Sequence record: EF517069.1 | DNA from: a phage | Strand: one strand, 5' to 3' | Length of the DNA stretch: 499 bases | In this document: positions 1-499 of the stretch, piece by piece | Layout: each line of letters begins with the position of its first letter | Position numbering within the stretch: the stretch's first letter is position 1 | The notes under the pieces: generated by a model | Database searches by the model: none | Told to the model about the DNA's origin: nothing | What the model saw: the letters and a program-made list of their open reading frames with translations, nothing else | Program-made: the position numbers and the translations under genes

Positions 1-239
1 TTCAGGCAATCTTAGAGAAAGATATGCTGCATCTATGTAAGCAGGTCGGCTCAGGTGCGATTGTCCCCAATGGTAAACAGAAGGAAATGATTGTCTAGTT
101 CCTGACACACGGTATGGAAGGATTGATGACATTCGTAGTACGTACATCATTTCGTGAGGCCATTAAGGACATGCACGAAGAGTATGCAGATAAGGACTCT
201 TTCAAACAATCTCCTGCAACAGTACAAGAGGTGTTCTGA
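1..239 (+). CDS. 5.5: T7-group gene 5.5 (H-NS-binding host-takeover protein), 5'-truncated by the window edge and interrupted by an in-frame amber codon at 96..98; nonsense allele
   Basis: Frame 3 (codons from position 3) translates as QAILEKDMLHLCKQVGSGAIVPNGKQKEMIV, then TAG, then FLTHGMEGLMTFVVRTSFREAIKDMHEEYADKDSFKQSPATVQEVF, then TGA at 237..239. This matches my recollection of T7 gp5.5 residues ~22-99, with Gln expected where the TAG sits. The TGA overlaps the ATG of the next gene, as in T7. Identity is from memory, not a search. Confidence 0.8.
96..98 (+). other. In-frame amber (TAG) codon within gene 5.5, probably derived from CAG (Gln) by a C-to-T transition at position 96
   Basis: TAG at 96..98 is the only stop in a frame that is otherwise open from the window start to the TGA at 237..239. 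Sequence on both sides of it is gp5.5-like. Confidence 0.75.
227..233 (+). promoter_or_regulatory. Shine-Dalgarno / ribosome-binding site for gene 5.7
   Basis: AGAGGTG at 227..233, 5 nt upstream of the ATG at 239..241; purine-rich match to the anti-SD. Confidence 0.7.
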
Positions 240-448
240 TGTCTGACTACCTGAAAATGCTGCAAGCAATCAAAAGTTGCCCTAAGACTTTCCAGTCCAA
301 CTATGTACGGAACAATGCGAGTCTCGTAGCGGAGGCCGCTTCCCGTGGTCACATCTCGTGCCTGACTACTAGTGGACGTAACGGTGGCGCTTGGGAAATC
401 ACTGCTTCCGGTACTCGTTTTCTGAAACGAATGGGAGGATGTGTCTAA
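239..448 (+). CDS. 5.7: T7-group gene 5.7 protein (69 aa; reported inhibitor of sigma-S-dependent host transcription)
   Basis: The ORF track gives a 69-aa ORF, MSDYLKMLQAIKSCPKTFQSNYVRNNASLVAEAASRGHISCLTTSGRNGGAWEITASGTRFLKRMGGCV, which matches my recollection of T7 gp5.7 in length and sequence. The start ATG overlaps the upstream TGA (TGATG) and is preceded by an SD; the stop TAA is at 446..448. Confidence 0.9.
   Translation: MSDYLKMLQAIKSCPKTFQSNYVRNNASLVAEAASRGHISCLTTSGRNGGAWEITASGTRFLKRMGGCV
433..439 (+). promoter_or_regulatory. Shine-Dalgarno / ribosome-binding site for gene 5.9
   Basis: GGGAGGA at 433..439, 8 nt upstream of the ATG at 448..450. Confidence 0.75.
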
Positions 449-499
449 TGTCTCGTGATCTTGTGACTATTCCACGCGATGTGTGGAACGATATACAGA
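448..499 (+). CDS. 5.9: T7-group gene 5.9 protein (RecBCD nuclease inhibitor), N-terminal 17 codons only; 3'-truncated by the window edge
   Basis: ATG at 448..450 overlaps the gene 5.7 TAA (TAATG). Translation MSRDLVTIPRDVWNDIQ matches my recollection of the N-terminus of T7 gp5.9. A strong SD lies upstream. Confidence 0.85.
   Translation, partial: MSRDLVTIPRDVWNDIQ

Noticed and set aside
198-212. Candidate -1 frameshift slippery site (TCTTTCAAACAA) near the end of gene 5.5
   Set aside because: The U- and A-rich run is not in the X_XXY_YYZ register relative to the gene 5.5 frame, and no downstream stem-loop or pseudoknot is obvious. Evidence is insufficient to call a frameshift signal.
257-259. 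Internal ATG at codon 7 of gene 5.7 as an alternative start
   Set aside because: No SD-like motif lies upstream of it, whereas the ATG at 239 has a well-spaced AGAGGTG and the canonical TGATG overlap. I am unsure whether Met at this position differs from reference T7, so I make no variant claim.
95-352. 85-aa minus-strand ORF from the six-frame track
   Set aside because: It is antisense to two + strand genes with strong identity and coupled RBS/start architecture. It has no convincing SD before its start at 352, I do not recognise its protein sequence, and its end is set by the same CTAG that forms the amber. Most likely a chance antisense ORF.
368-373. ACTAGT (SpeI) site as a possible cloning scar or engineering signature
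   Set aside because: A single 6-bp site inside an intact, recognisable coding sequence is expected by chance and does not indicate engineering.
361-380. Possible T7 RNA polymerase promoter around CTGACTACTAGTGGACG
   Set aside because: It resembles the T7 promoter consensus TAATACGACTCACTATAGGGAGA only superficially; the conserved TAATACGACTCACTATA core is absent. It lies inside the gene 5.7 coding sequence and is better explained as coding.

Overview
The window reads as a well-known segment of a T7-group coliphage (class II early/DNA-metabolism region), not a novel system. On the + strand it holds the 3' part of gene 5.5 (H-NS-binding protein), the complete gene 5.7 (239..448, 69 aa) and the first 17 codons of gene 5.9 (RecBCD inhibitor, from 448). 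The genes are joined by one-base stop/start overlaps, TGATG at 237..241 and TAATG at 446..450, each preceded by a Shine-Dalgarno motif. The one anomaly is an in-frame amber codon (TAG, 96..98) inside the gene 5.5 frame, most likely a CAG-to-TAG nonsense allele at about codon 53 of 99. Protein identities rest on my recollection of T7 protein sequences, not a database search. The 85-aa minus-strand ORF (95..352) is judged antisense and spurious. No T7 promoter, RNA gene, CRISPR array or mobile element was recognised.
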